This document shows, one piece after another, positions 47,504 through 59,077 of a stretch of DNA of 64,000 nt. Location: assembly GCA_963767535.1 (NCBI GenBank), contig CAVYEC010000002.1:505062-569061 (forward strand), given 5' to 3'. The notes beneath the pieces are model-generated. The model saw only the letters and a list, made by a program, of their open reading frames with translations. It had not been told where the DNA came from and searched no databases. Each line of letters begins with the position of its first letter. Within the stretch, counting starts at the first letter, position 1. Made by a program: the position numbers and the translations under genes. Origin of the DNA: an uncultured Planctomycetota bacterium. Its GTDB lineage: Bacteria; Planctomycetota; Planctomycetia; Gemmatales; Gemmataceae.

Positions 47504-49421
47504 ATGACCGCTCTGCTGTCGCAAATCAATTCGCCCGCCGACCTGCACAAGCTGACCGAGGCGCAGCTACAAGAACTGGCCCAGGAGATGCGCGACGAAC
47601 TGGTGCGCGTCCTGAGCATACGGCCGGCCCACTTCGCCAGCAACCTCGGCGTCATCGAGCTGTGCCTCGCCCTGCACCTGACCTTCGACTTCAGCCGCGA
47701 CCGCCTCATCTGGGACACCGGACACCAGATTTATCCGCACAAGCTCATCACGGGACGTTACAAACAGTTCGACACCATCCGCACGCGCGGCGGACTGATG
47801 GGTTATCCCAATCCACACGAGAGCCTCTACGACCTGTTCATGACCGGCCACGCCGGTTGCAGCGTGTCAAGCCGCCCTGGGCCTGAAAGTGGGCGACGAC
47901 CTGCTCGGCCAGGACAACCGGCACAGCGTCGCCGTCATCGGCGACGGGGCGCTGCCGTCGGGCATCGTCTTCGAGGCGCTCAACAACGCCGGCGGACTGC
48001 GCAAGAACCTGCTGGTCATCCTCAACGACAACGAGATGTCCATCTGCCCGCGCATCGGCGCGCTGGCCCATTGTCTCGATCAGGCCCGGCTGACGAACTT
48101 CTATCAGGGTTCCAAGCGACACATCCGCGACCTGCTCAAGCACGTCCCGCTCGTGGGCGGCGTCGCTACCCAGGCGATCGAGCAGATCAAGGATGGGCTG
48201 AAAGCGTTCCTGACCGGCGGCATGTTGTTCGAGGAGTTGGGTTTCCGCTACTTCGGCCCGATTGACGGCCACGACCTGCCGGGTCTGCGCCGCTGGCTGC
48301 GCGATGTCAAGGACCAGCAAGGGCCGGTGCTGCTGCACGTTCTGACGACCAAGGGCCACGGCGTGCCGCAGGCCAGTGCCGACCCCGTGACGTATCACAC
48401 GCCGCCGGTCTTCGAGAAGATCGGGCCGGAGCGGACCATCCTGTCGCTCAAGCGCGGCGGCTCGCGCGCCTACACCGACGCGGTAAGCTCCACCATCTAC
48501 AAGGCCTTGCAGGACAATCCGCACGTCGCGGTAATCACGGCCGCCATGTGCCAGGGCAACAAGCTGGAGAAGGTGCGGGCCGACTTCCCGACGCGCTTCT
48601 TCGACACCGGCATTTGCGAATCGCACGCCGTCGCCTTCGCGGCCGGTCTCGCCAAGTCCGGCATGCGGCCCATCGTGGACATTTACTCCACCTTCTTGCA
48701 GCGATCCTTTGACCAGATTTTCCAGGAAGTGGCCCTGCAAAACCTGCCGGTCGCCTTCACCCTCGACCGCTCCGGCCTGACCGGGCCGGACGGCCCGACG
48801 CACCACGGCGTTTTCGACACGCCGTATTTGCGGTTGTTCCCGAACTTTGTGGTCATGGCCCCTGGCGACGAACTCGATGTGGCCCCCATGCTGCGCTTCG
48901 CCCTGTCGCATTCCGGCCCGGCGTCGTTGCGCTATCCCAAGGCCAACCTCGAGCGCGTCGATCGGCCGTTGGCCCCGGTGGAACTGGGGCAGGCGGAGGT
49001 TTACGAATGGGGCGAGGATGGCGTCCTGATCGCCTACGGCACGCTGTTCTCGGCCTGCGTCAAGGCCGCCGCGGCGCTGCGAGAAGAGGGAATCAACGTC
49101 GGCGTGATCAACGCGCGCTTCGTCAAGCCGCTCGACCGGGCGACGCTCTTGCGGGCCGTCGAGGAGTTGCCACTGATCGTCACCGTCGAGGAAGGCACAC
49201 TCGAAGGCGGCTTCGGCAGCGCGCTCCTGGAGGCGGCCAACAGCGCCGGACTCGATACGAGCCACGTCATCCGCCTAGGGTTGCCGGATCGCTTCATCGA
49301 GCATGGCGAGCGCGGCGAGTTGCTGGCGGATCTCGGTCTCGATGCGGCAGGCATCGGCGCGACGGTACGGCGGGCGGTGGGGGCGAAAAGCCGAGACCGC
49401 TCGTGCAAAATTGCAAATTGA
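47504..49421 (+). CDS. dxs: 1-deoxy-D-xylulose-5-phosphate synthase; frame break ~47868 (apparent 1-nt insertion)
   Basis: IWDTGHQIYPHKLITGR, GHAGCSVS|TALGLKVGDD, VIGDGALPSG. The transketolase C-terminal half is in ORF 47889..49421. Confidence 0.9.
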
Positions 49422-49540
49422 AAATTGCAAATTGAAAAATGAAAACCGCGCTTGCCCGATGCCAAGCATCGGAGTATCCACCCGGCCAGAGTGGTCTCGG
49501 ACAATTTGCAATTATCAATTTGCAATTTTCAATTTGCAAT
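49410..49540. repeat. Intergenic hairpin built from ATTGCAA/ATTGAAA heptads (25-bp perfect stem, ~80-nt loop)
   Basis: attgcaaattgaaaattgcaaattg (49410-49434) pairs with caatttgcaattttcaatttgcaat (49516-49540). The dxs stop lies inside the left arm. Confidence 0.85.
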
Positions 49541-49551
49541 GGATGGTTCTC

Positions 49552-50403
49552 ATGCGAATCCTCGTCCTGGGCTACGCCGATCGTCCGGGTGTGCGCGAAG
49601 AAGCCGACCGCCTGCTGCCCATCCTCCGCGAACATTGCGATATTGTCCTGGTCGATTTACACCAGGAAAAAGACCTCTCGACCTGCGCGGCCGACCTCGC
49701 CCTGGTGCTGGGCGGCGACGGCGCCATCTTGCGGGCGGCCCGGCAGATGGGCTATCGACAGACGCCGGTCCTTGGCGTCAACCTCGGCCGGCTCGGCTTC
49801 CTCGCCGACCTCACGCCGGACGATTTTTGTTGTGCCCTTCCGCAAGTGCTACGCGGCGAGTACCGAGTTACCGAGCACCTCATGTTTGAGTGCCTGATCG
49901 AAGGGCCGGGCGAGCAAAGGACCATCCTCGGCCTCAACGAGATCGCCCTGCAATCCGGCCCGCCCTTTCACATGATCGGGCTGGACCTCATCCTCGACGG
50001 CGAGGGCGTGTCCGGCTACACCGGCGACGGTCTCATCATCAGCACACCGATCGGCTCGACCGCACACAGCCTGTCGGCGGGCGGCCCCATTCTCGGGCAG
50101 GAGTTGTCCGCCTTCGTCATCACGCCGATCTGCCCGCACACCCTGACCAACCGTCCCGTGGTCGATAGCGCCGACAAGGTCTATACCGTCGCGGTACGGC
50201 GTCTTTCTCCCAACGGCAGCCTGGTCCTGGTGATCGACGGCCAGGAGCAGGGCCGGCTCACGGCGGAGCATCGGGTGACGGTTCGCAAGGCCCCGGTGCT
50301 CTTCCGTCTGGTCAAAGTGCCGGGGCGCAGCTACTATCAAACGCTACGGGACAAGCTGCGCTGGGGCACGCCGCCCAATTATCGCAGCGAACCATCGGCG
50401 TAA
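49552..50403 (+). CDS. nadK: NAD(+) kinase
   Basis: GGDGAILRAAR, NLGRLGFL, the NE..ISTPIGSTAHSLSAGGP motif. Confidence 0.88.
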   Translation: MRILVLGYADRPGVREEADRLLPILREHCDIVLVDLHQEKDLSTCAADLALVLGGDGAILRAARQMGYRQTPVLGVNLGRLGFLADLTPDDFCCALPQVLRGEYRVTEHLMFECLIEGPGEQRTILGLNEIALQSGPPFHMIGLDLILDGEGVSGYTGDGLIISTPIGSTAHSLSAGGPILGQELSAFVITPICPHTLTNRPVVDSADKVYTVAVRRLSPNGSLVLVIDGQEQGRLTAEHRVTVRKAPVLFRLVKVPGRSYYQTLRDKLRWGTPPNYRSEPSA

Positions 50404-50418
50404 GACGAGCGTAACAGA

Positions 50419-50488
50419 AAGGATGAAGGAGGAAGGATGAATCCGTAATCTGTTTTCGTTCATCCTTCCTCCTTCCTCCTTCATCCTT
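50419..50488. repeat. Intergenic hairpin built from AGGATGA/AGGAGGA heptads
   Basis: aaggatgaaggaggaaggatgaa .. ttcatccttcctccttcctccttcatcctt (one extra heptad in the right arm). Confidence 0.8.
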
Positions 50489-50498
50489 CGGTTTTCGT

Positions 50499-50771
50499 AT
50501 GGCCGTCGTGTGCAAGCGCGTGGTTTACTCCGGCCGCGTCCAGGGCGTGGGCTTTCGCTACACGACCAAAGGACTGGCGGCGGGCAGTCCCGTGGCCGGC
50601 TACGTACGCAATCTACCCACCGGTGAGGTGGAATTGCTGGCCGAGGGCGAGGCGGACCCCGTCGAGGCGTTTCTCGCCGCTGTGGCGCGACGCATGGCGG
50701 GCTACATCACAGATACGACGGTCGAGGATGCCGCCCCGTTGGGGCATACCGGCTTCCAGATTCGTCATTGA
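50499..50771 (+). CDS. acyP: Acylphosphatase
   Basis: VYSGRVQGVGFRYTT and GYVRNLPTGEVELLAEG signatures. 90 aa. Confidence 0.88.
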   Translation: MAVVCKRVVYSGRVQGVGFRYTTKGLAAGSPVAGYVRNLPTGEVELLAEGEADPVEAFLAAVARRMAGYITDTTVEDAAPLGHTGFQIRH

Positions 50772-50806
50772 GACAGGGCGAAACTCGGTTCCTTCAAGGG
50801 CGATCC

Positions 50807-52036
50807 ATGACGTTCTCCGCGACTACCTACTTCGTCGGCGTGTTCCTGGTTTTGCTCCAGATTCTGGCCGCCCTGCCCTGGGTGCTGGTGAGCTTCTTTA
50901 GCCGGGATACCCTGGCTTCCTGGAAGCGCCGGCCGTTCTCCGCTGATGTGATGCCGGCTTACGGGGTCGTGCTGGCCGTTCTTCTGCTTGGTCCTGTCTT
51001 GTTCCCGTACTTTGTGCGCGAGAGTCACTCCCTGGAAGTTTGGGGGCAAATCTACACCGCCGCCTTGCAGATGCAGCTGCTCCTGGACCTCTTTATCGGC
51101 GCGTTCGCCCTGCTCTTGCTGGTTTGGCCCAAGGGCGGCGCCATCGCGCTGGCGGCGTTCCGCGAGGGGCTGCGCCAACCGATGTTCTGGCTGCTTTTCG
51201 GTGTGGCTTTCCTGGCCATGAGCATCTCGCCGCTCATTCCATACTTCACGTTCGGCGAAGATCACCTGGTGGTCAAGGATCTCGGCTACGACACCATCAT
51301 GTTGGTCGCCGCCGTCTTCGGGGCGCTGGCGGCGAGCATGTCCATCAGCGAGGAGATCGAAGGTCGAACGGCCGTCACCCTGATGAGCAAGCCGGTCTCG
51401 CGCCGGCAATTCCTCATCGGCAAATTCATCGGCATCACCCTGGCGGGCGGTGTGCTGTTCGCGCTTCTGGGAACTTATTTTGAGGGCGTCGTCCGCTTCA
51501 AGCACTGGTGGGACAAGATGGACCCGGAAGCCACCCCCGTTTGGCTCGTGCAAACGCTCCAGCACTGGTCGCTGCCCGGCGTGGCCACGGATTTCCTGCG
51601 CGGCGTCGGCCTGTGGACCCACTTGACGCTCGACACCTGGCCGGGGTTGGTGCTGGGCTTCGCCCAAGTCATGGTCCTCATCTCCATCGCCGTAACCCTG
51701 GCCACCCGCGTGCCGATGGTCGTCAACCTCGTCGTCGTGGTCGTGCTCTTCTTCCTCGCCCACCTGACGCCCGTCCTGGTGGCCATCGGCTACCAGGCCC
51801 AGGCCAGCGACCCCGGCACGGTCTCACAAATCCTCGCCTTCATGGCCCAGCTGCTCGACACGCTCTTGCCCGACCTCGACCTGTTCCGCCTCGATCCGTC
51901 GCTGCTCAACGAGACGCCGCTCGCCGCCGGCGCCTTCACCCGGTTCCTTGGCTCCGTGTCGCTCTACGGCCTGCTCTACACCTCGATCGTGCTGCTATTT
52001 GGTCTGATCCTGTTCGAGGATCGCGATCTGGCCTGA
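50807..52036 (+). CDS. Multi-pass membrane protein, ABC-2-type permease-like
   Basis: About 8-10 TM segments. SISEEIEGRTAVTLMSKPVSRRQFLIGKF resembles the ABC-2/NosY-like conserved loop. Confidence 0.55.
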   Translation: MTFSATTYFVGVFLVLLQILAALPWVLVSFFSRDTLASWKRRPFSADVMPAYGVVLAVLLLGPVLFPYFVRESHSLEVWGQIYTAALQMQLLLDLFIGAFALLLLVWPKGGAIALAAFREGLRQPMFWLLFGVAFLAMSISPLIPYFTFGEDHLVVKDLGYDTIMLVAAVFGALAASMSISEEIEGRTAVTLMSKPVSRRQFLIGKFIGITLAGGVLFALLGTYFEGVVRFKHWWDKMDPEATPVWLVQTLQHWSLPGVATDFLRGVGLWTHLTLDTWPGLVLGFAQVMVLISIAVTLATRVPMVVNLVVVVVLFFLAHLTPVLVAIGYQAQASDPGTVSQILAFMAQLLDTLLPDLDLFRLDPSLLNETPLAAGAFTRFLGSVSLYGLLYTSIVLLFGLILFEDRDLA

Positions 52037-52043
52037 TTCGAGC

Positions 52044-52093
52044 GCGGATTGCGGATTGTATCGGTAATCCGCAATCCGCAATCCGCAATCCGC
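52044..52093. repeat. Intergenic hairpin built from GCGGATT heptads
   Basis: gcggattgcggattg / tatcggt / aatccgcaatccgcaatccgcaatccgc. Confidence 0.8.
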
Positions 52094-52203
52094 CATGAGA
52101 ATGTCGTGCAAAGCGGGCGGTTTTTGTTAGAATCAGCTTGAGCGTCCGGAACCCCTCTTCCGAGGAACGCAGCCTCGGACCACGGACCTACGGATCGACA
52201 CCT

Positions 52204-54358
52204 ATGGACCGCGAAGCCGAACGAGCCGCCTTCGCCAAGGCGTGTGCCTACCTGAATTACAAGCCGGCCGCCAAGTGGTCCGCGCACGCGGCGGCACTGG
52301 GTACCGGGGTGGTCTACGTGGCCCTCCTCGTCGTGCTGTGGCTGTTCACCGACCTGATGGTCTCGCGCGGGCGGTTGCCGACCTATCACAGCCTGACGCC
52401 GTTACAGCAGAACAACTTCTTCTACGAATGGAACGGACTGGACCCGGCGGAGCGCTCGGAGTACCTGCGCGAGACGACCCTCCCGGAAGATCAGGTCTCG
52501 AAGTTGGCCGCGCTGACCGCGAGTTCCTCGGTGCCGCGCGACGAAATCCGGGCGCTCTGGCGCGCCCAGGTTCGCCGTATCCTGAAAGCTCGGCTCCCGG
52601 AAGCTTTGCCCGAGGAAGGGGCGGCGGAGCCGGTCGATTACAACGCCGACCTCGGCATCGCCAGCCTGATCGTCCGCGAACATGCCGACCGACGCCTCAT
52701 GACGCCGGTGGTCTCCTGGGTCGCCCGCTGGAACCCGTGGATGCGCAACGCCAACAGCGTCGGCCGCGCCGTCCCCCCCTACCTGATCGGCCTGCTTCTG
52801 ATCGGCATCATCCTGGGTATCCTGGGATCGGTGTTGACGCTGCTCATGCGTGAGATGGCCGCCCGCGCCGCCATTGAGGCGTCCACGCACTGCGCCGGGC
52901 GGTGTATCATCACACCTTCCGCCTGGGCACCCTGGCCTTTCGGGCGCTGGGGCCGACCGAAGCGGTCAGCATCTTCGCCCGCCACATCGAGGCCGTCCAC
53001 GACGCCCTGGTCACGCACCTGACCGCCTTCTATCGCGCGCCGATCAAGGTCGTCTTGCTTTTGGCCTTCGCCCTGTTCGTGAATTTCTGGCTGGCGCTGG
53101 CGTGTTTGATGTTCGCCATTCTCGTTTGGCTGCTCGGCGGGCAGGCGGCGGCCTATTTCCGCCGTCAAGGACGCTTGGCCACCAACCAGGCGTCCGAGTA
53201 CCTGACCGTCATGCGCGAGAGCCTCATGCTCATGCGCCTGGTCAAATGCTATCTCATGGAGCCGTTCAACCAAAACCGCGTCGAACGGCAGCTGTCGCGT
53301 CACGCCAAGGTCCAGCTACTCCGCTACCGCGGTGAGGCCATCTACCAACCCCTGTTGATTTTCCTCGGCCTCTTGTGCGCGCTCGTCCTGCTGTTTGTGG
53401 CCGGCATCCTCATCCTGCAAGGCCAGTTGAGCGTGGCCGGTACGGTCGCGCTGTCCACGGCCCTGGTGAGTCTGTATCGACCGCTGGAGAGTTGGCTGGA
53501 AGCGCGGCGGATCATTCGCCGTGGCCGGGAGGCGGCCGTCAACGTCTTCAAGTTCCTGGAGCGACGCGGCGAAGTGGGACAGGTCGTTGGGGCCGAGTTC
53601 CTACCTCCTTTGGGCCGTCAAATCGAGTTCGATGGCGTCAGCCTGCGCGAGCCGGGCAGCGGCCGGATGCTTCTGGAAGACGTGACGCTAACCATCCCGG
53701 CCGGCAAGCGCGTCGGCCTGATCGGTGCGGACGACCTGGAGAAACACGCGCTGGTCTACTTGATCCCGCGCCTGCTCGACCCGACTACCGGCGAAATTCG
53801 CATCGACCAGCACAACCTGCGCTGGGTCACGCTCGATTCGCTGCGCGCCAGACGGGCACGGTGCTGATGCACAATCTGGTCTTTCACGACAGCGTGGCCA
53901 ACAACATCGGCTGCGGCGACAACGCCTACACGCTGGGCCAGATCATCGAGGCGGCCAAGGTCGCCCACGCCCATCACTTCATTCAAAAACTGCCGCAGGG
54001 CTACGAGACGCCCATCGGCGAATTGGGTCATCCGCTCTCCGTCAGCGAGCAGTTCCGCATCGCCCTGGCGCGGGCGGTCCTGCGCGATCCCGCCCTGCTC
54101 ATCATCGAGGAGCCGGACGCCACGCTCGACGAGGACACCAAGGCGCTGCTCGACGACACCTGGGCGCGCGTGCTTCCCGGCCGCACCACGATTTTCCTGC
54201 CGCACCGCATCTCGACCATCCGTTCCTGCGATACGCTATACTTGCTCCACAAGGGCCGGGTCGTCGCCACCGGCGTCCACAAGGAGCTGCTCTCCCAGAA
54301 CCCGCTGTATCGCCACCTCCATTACCTGGAATTCAACGAGATGGCAGAGCAAGTGTGA
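52204..54358 (+). CDS. ABC exporter, fused permease/ATPase (MsbA-like) with long N-terminal extension; frame breaks ~52885 and ~53851
   Basis: The three ORF pieces are collinear: ..IEAST|RLRRAVYHHTFRL.. and ..LDSLRA|QTGTVLMHNLVF... The signature-like LSVSEQFRIALARA and Walker B LLIIEEPD are present. The Walker A region looks degenerate (GLIGADDLEKH). Confidence 0.7.
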
Positions 54359-54384
54359 TAACATCCTGGATTTGAAGGATAATC

Positions 54385-55200
54385 ATGGCTCACGAACGCG
54401 AGTTGGAAGCCGCCCTGGATGCCGCCGGGCGGGCGGGGCATGTCATTCTCGACGCGTACACGAAATTCAAGGCCATCCCCGACGCGCCCATCGACATCAG
54501 CACGGAAGCCGATCGGCAGGCCCAGGAAACGATCTTGAATCATCTCAAAAAGCTCTTCCCCGGCGATGCCCTGTGCGCCGAGGAACAGACGGCGGCCGCG
54601 GCCGGCGTCCCGACGGTCGGGCCGCGCTTGTGGGTGGTCGATCCGATCGACGGCACACGCGGTTTCGCCCGCAAAAACGGCGAGTTTTCGGTCATGGTGG
54701 CGTTCGTGGAGAACGGCCGGATCGCGGTCGGCGTCGTCCTGGAGCCGGCCAAGGAGCGCTGCACGTATGCGGCGCACGGCCAGGGCTGCTGGCGGCGAGA
54801 CTGCGGCGGGGAGCCGATCGCTTGCCGGGTGTCGGCCACGACCGATCTGGGATCGGCCGTCATGGTGCAGAGTCATTCGCGCAACCCGAACGTGCCGTCG
54901 CGCATGGCCCAGGCGGTTCGTCCGGCCCGCGTCGTCGAGACGTATTCGGCGGGGATCAAGCTGGCCCTCGTGGCGCGCGGCGAGGTCGATCTATACGTCA
55001 ACGATTACACGCAGTTTCACGACTGGGACATCGCGGCCGGTCACATCCTCGTCTCGGAGGCCGGCGGTACGACGACAGGACTGCACGGTGAGACGTTGCA
55101 GTACGGTCTGCCGGAGGCGTGGCAGCGCTTCGGCCTGCTCGGCAGCAACGGCCACGTCCATGCCGAGGCGCTGGAGCGCCTCAAGGACGTGCAACTCTGA
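54385..55200 (+). CDS. Inositol monophosphatase / CysQ-family phosphatase
   Basis: EADRQAQETI, WVVDPIDGTRGF and HDWDIAAG motifs. Confidence 0.85.
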   Translation: MAHERELEAALDAAGRAGHVILDAYTKFKAIPDAPIDISTEADRQAQETILNHLKKLFPGDALCAEEQTAAAAGVPTVGPRLWVVDPIDGTRGFARKNGEFSVMVAFVENGRIAVGVVLEPAKERCTYAAHGQGCWRRDCGGEPIACRVSATTDLGSAVMVQSHSRNPNVPSRMAQAVRPARVVETYSAGIKLALVARGEVDLYVNDYTQFHDWDIAAGHILVSEAGGTTTGLHGETLQYGLPEAWQRFGLLGSNGHVHAEALERLKDVQL

Positions 55201-55206
55201 TAATGT

Positions 55207-55262
55207 GTTTAGCGACGCTTCGCAGAAGCGTAAAAGCACGCTTCTGCGAAGCGTCGCTAAAC
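55207..55262. repeat. Intergenic hairpin, TTAGCGACGCTTCGCAGAAGC family, copy 3 (24-bp perfect stem)
   Basis: gtttagcgacgcttcgcagaagcg / taaaagca / cgcttctgcgaagcgtcgctaaac. Lies between convergent genes. Confidence 0.9.
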
Positions 55263-56590
55263 GAAGACGAAAGGCCCGAAGCGCTCGCGCAATTTCTGTT
55301 GGACTGCCGACCCGATGTCGTTCCGCAGCAAGTCGAGGCGCGCCAGGCGGTGTAAGTACGGCGATTCCATCAGGACATTCGCCCCTTCGTCGGTGATGCC
55401 GTTGGTGGAAAGATTGAGCCAGCTCAACTCGGGCATGTTGTCGCTCTCGGCGAGCGCTCGCACGCCGTCATCGCCGACACCGTTGAAACGCAAATTGAGC
55501 GCTTGCAGTCGCTCCCAATGAGCGGAGGCCAGAGCCTTCGCCCCTTCATTGCAGCTAATGTTGTTGAACAGATCGAGCGAGATTAGCCGCGACAGGGCCC
55601 GCGCTTGCGACAGGGCCGCGATGCCCGCCGTGAATAGTTGATTCTGCACCAAGCTCAGACGCGACAGCCGCGGCAGGACGGGCCACGTTCGCATCAGGTC
55701 GGCACCCCCACGTCGCCGAGCAAATTGGCGTCCAGATACAGTGTCTCCAACTGCTCAAGAAGAGCGCCTTCCGGCAGCTCTCGAATGGCATCGAGAGTCA
55801 GCCGATTGCCGTTCAGATTCAGCTCCGTTAGATGGGGAAAGACGGGGGAGTGAGCCAGAATGCCCAAGTTGTTCAGCGTCAAGTCGGTATGAGCGAGGCT
55901 CAGCGAAACCAAATCGGTAAAAAGGGGAGTCTCGGTTAGCATGCGGAAGGCGATCGGCGACAGTTGGCTTCGGGACAAATCGAGGCGGCGCAAACGCGGC
56001 CGATCGAGGGTATTTCTCCAGACAATCAGGTCGTCCTCTTCGAGGTTAAATCCGGATAACCGAAGCTCGGTCAGCTGCTGGAGATCCGGTGCGAAAGCGA
56101 AATCGAGAAAAACCAGCGGATCCAGAGGACCCAACAGACTGAGTCTGCTCAGGCGCGAAAGGTAAGGCGAGCGGGCAACCTGTCCGATTGGGTCTTCGCC
56201 TGACCGGACAGCAGTCGAGTAGACTCCCCGCAGGCGAAGGTGCCGGATCGGCGCTTGCTCAAAGCACTGGCTCGCCGAGCGGAGATATTCCTCGGAAGTA
56301 ACGGTAATCTCATCAACGAAGCCTCGGCGGAATTGCCACTCCCCGGTAAGGTTCCAGCCCGGCAGCCATTTCGGCTCGTGTTCCACGAGCAGTTCGCGCT
56401 CGCGCTGTTCAAGCGGCCAGCGGCGCGGATCTTCGGGAGCAAGCTGGGCGAGGGCGCACTGAACGCGGATGAATTCGCCGCGCGGGTTGTTGTGCTCTTC
56501 GAGCCAGTCGGCGTAGATCAGGCGCGGCGCATCGTCATCGGGGCGGGCCAGGATGTCGTGAAGAAAGGCGTCCTCGATGGCCATGCGCAT
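55257..56590 (-). CDS. TIGR02996 repeat-companion domain + leucine-rich-repeat protein; probably one gene with a frame break at the C5 run near 55706 (otherwise two ATGA-overlapping ORFs)
   Basis: The N-terminus EDAFLHDILARPDDDAPRLIYADWLEEHNNPRGEFIRVQCAL is the Gemmata-type repeat-companion signature. It is followed by ~24-residue LRR units in both ORFs. Confidence 0.7.
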
Positions 56591-56628
56591 CTTCTTCGCC
56601 GCGGAGGATCACGAGTAAAGCAATAACG

Positions 56629-57404
56629 CTATTTTAGGAACCCCGCGCCAAGGCTCCTCGGCTCGCCGGGAATGAAATCGTGCCAGGCGTAGCCGTCGGG
56701 AAGTTCGGGAGAGACAGCGAACTCCAGGTGCAGAATGCGGCGGTGGCGTTCGGTATCGGGATGCGATTTGCCGCTGCAATGGGCCAGTAAGGGACGCATC
56801 AGCAGCACGTCGCCGCGCTGGGCCAGGACGCAGGCCGACGGGGCGAGGTCGAGCGCCAGCGCCTTGCCGGTGCGGTGCGAGCCGGGCACGACCTTCAAGG
56901 GGCCATTCTCCATCGTCGCGTCATCGAGATGAATCCGCACCGTCAGCATGGATTCGAGGACGGCCCGCGGCGCTTCGACGTGCGGGACGCCGGCCTTGCG
57001 CGTCGGCTTGGCGAAGTGCGAGCTAGGAAGCCGATTGTCGCGCACGGCGATGGTCAGATCCTTGTGCCAGGGCAAGGCCCAGGTTGTCGCGGCGGCTTGT
57101 CGAAAAAGAGGATGCGCACCAGACCGAAACTCGGCCCCAGGATCGCGGCGAGGGCATTCGTCAGCGCTGGCACGCGCCATACATCGGCTGCCTCCGGCCA
57201 GAGTGTCAGGACATTGCGGGCGGCGTAAATCGCCCCTTCATCGCCGCGAATGGACGCCTCCTCGCCGATGCGTTCGCCGAAGATGCGTTCCAGAGAACGT
57301 ACCATGTGCGCGACCTCTTGTTCCGTGAACACGTTGGGCAAGACGGTGTACCCGTCGCGCTCCAGTGCGTCGAGCCAGGTCGTGTTGTTTCGCATCGCTT
57401 CCAT
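56629..57404 (-). CDS. Phytanoyl-CoA dioxygenase (PhyH) family Fe(II)/2-oxoglutarate oxygenase; frame break ~57090
   Basis: LERDGYTVLPNVF N-terminus. WHKD (HxD facial triad). GPLKVVPGSH. RPLLAHCSG. Confidence 0.75.
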
Positions 57405-57416
57405 GCCATGCTCCTT

Positions 57417-58133
57417 TCAGTTGCCGATGGGGGCAGGCGCCGCCTCCCGGCCAGCCGCGTACAGGTCGCGGTAGAGACGGTCGAAGATGTAGGCGCCCAG
57501 TTCCAAACCCTGCTCGATAAAGTAGCGGCGGCGCGGCTCGTCCCAGTGCGGTTCGATGACGGCGAAGAACTCCTCGGCATGGCGCTCGTCGATTTCGGCG
57601 TGGAGCTTGTAATGAACGAGGGCGTCCTCGGCTACCCAGCCGCGGCGGACAACCGCGCTGCCGATAGCGGCGGAAATGCCGGCGAAAGCGTACTCGATGA
57701 TGCCCATGCAGCCGACGCCCACTTCCATCTCGTCCAGGACACACGAGGCGGTCAAGACACTGTTAAAGGCGCGGACGGCCGGCCAGAGAGGCTTACCGAC
57801 CAGTTGCTCCGGCTGACCACCGATGCTGCGCAGAAATTGCTGGAAGGTGGTGTGATGAAACTTTTGCTCCTGGAACTCGCCGTGTTCTTCGACCAGGTTG
57901 TGCAGGATGTCCAGGCGGAGGCGCGGGTCAGGGATGCGTCCGACCAGCGCTGCCATTGGCCGCGGGAAGAAGGTGACGGCGAAGAAGAACTGCTCCTGCG
58001 TTCGTCGAAAGCACTCCAGCCCCATCGACCCATCGCGCAAGGCATCCAGGTAGGGATTGTGCAGGATGTTTATTTTCTTGAGTGCGGCGTCGGCACAGGC
58101 GGTGACGCGCAGGGCGCGGCTATCCGGGTTCAT
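57417..58133 (-). CDS. Heme-oxygenase-like fold, iron-containing redox enzyme family protein
   Basis: HNPYLDALRDG..FRRTQEQFFFAV..NLVEEHG..HHTTFQQFL..KLHAEIDERHAEEF, a helical di-iron-type E/H pattern. Confidence 0.6.
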   Translation of the reverse strand: MNPDSRALRVTACADAALKKINILHNPYLDALRDGSMGLECFRRTQEQFFFAVTFFPRPMAALVGRIPDPRLRLDILHNLVEEHGEFQEQKFHHTTFQQFLRSIGGQPEQLVGKPLWPAVRAFNSVLTASCVLDEMEVGVGCMGIIEYAFAGISAAIGSAVVRRGWVAEDALVHYKLHAEIDERHAEEFFAVIEPHWDEPRRRYFIEQGLELGAYIFDRLYRDLYAAGREAAPAPIGN

Positions 58134-58136
58134 GGG

Positions 58137-59077
58137 CTAAATCTCCGAGGTGTTGATGTTCCAAAACGGAAACGGTTCCAGGCCGGTGCCGAATACCGTG
58201 GCGGGAGCGACAACGGTCTCAATCCCCGCGAGGGCCACGCGAAACTCCTCTAACTCTGGAGTCGCAACGGCGACGAACAGGGCCGGGGACTTGAGCTGCG
58301 CGGCGCGACGGAGCGCCACGCGGAGAAGTTTCGCACCGGCACGCGGATTTTGGAAGGCGAATCGGGAGAGGTGGAGACTTTTCATTTCCGTGCCGTCGTC
58401 GGCGATCAGTCGCTTGGCCCTGCGCGTGTCCTCCAGCAATCCGCAGGATGAACCATCCGGGTGCATCAGCCAAACCGGAGCCGTCTCGGAGCGCTCGGCT
58501 GGGTTGCCGCCCGGACAAGCATAACGGCCCGCACTGAGACGCGGATAGCATCCCTCCGCTGGCTTGGCCGTGAAACCGTCGTCGGCGCCGGCGTCATCGG
58601 TTGGGGTGGATAGACGGAGGACCATGACCTTCCCCAACTCGCCAAAAGGTGGAATACCCAGGCGGCCGGTGTACTGCTCCGGCGTGGCTCGCGTCCCGTC
58701 CATGACCACGGCAAACGCGGCTTCCGCCCGCCCGTCGGCCCAGGTTTGGGCGGCGCCCACCAGTCGCGGCAACGCCATGCCGCCGCGCCCGAGGGAGCGA
58801 CCTTGAGATCACCAAGGTAGATCACCGAACGCTCGCTCCCGTCCGGCAAAGTCAGTCTCTGAACGGACGCCCCCAGGGTTCCCAGGACGCGGCCGTCCCG
58901 TTCAGCGACAAAGCAGGCGGCCTCGCCGATAGCACGGAAGAAGCGCGGGTAATCATCGCCGTGGTCGATCCGAAAGGAACGGCCGGGGCCGAGCGGGTAC
59001 GTGAACTGCGTCTCGAACGCGCTCAACGCCCGCGCCATCTCGGCGGGCGGGGGGCCGCACAGTCGATGCACGATCAT
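58137..59077 (-). CDS. GNAT-fold acyltransferase-like protein; frame break ~58790
   Basis: ..CFVAERDGRVLGTLGA..VIYLGDLKVAPS|ARGGMALPRLVGAAQ.. resembles GNAT motif A. The C-terminal half belongs to no family I recognise. Confidence 0.45.

Noticed and set aside
49405-52095. CRISPR-like appearance of the short repeated words (attgcaa.., gcggatt.., aggatga..).
   Set aside because: The repeats are 7-nt tandem words arranged as inverted arms of single hairpins. They are not 25-40-nt direct repeats separated by unique spacers, and no cas genes are present.
55691-55697. The ATGA overlap between the two LRR ORFs as translational coupling of two separate genes.
   Set aside because: The downstream ORF continues the same LRR register, and a C5 homopolymer sits at the junction. 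A single gene with a 1-nt consensus error is more likely, although two genes cannot be excluded.
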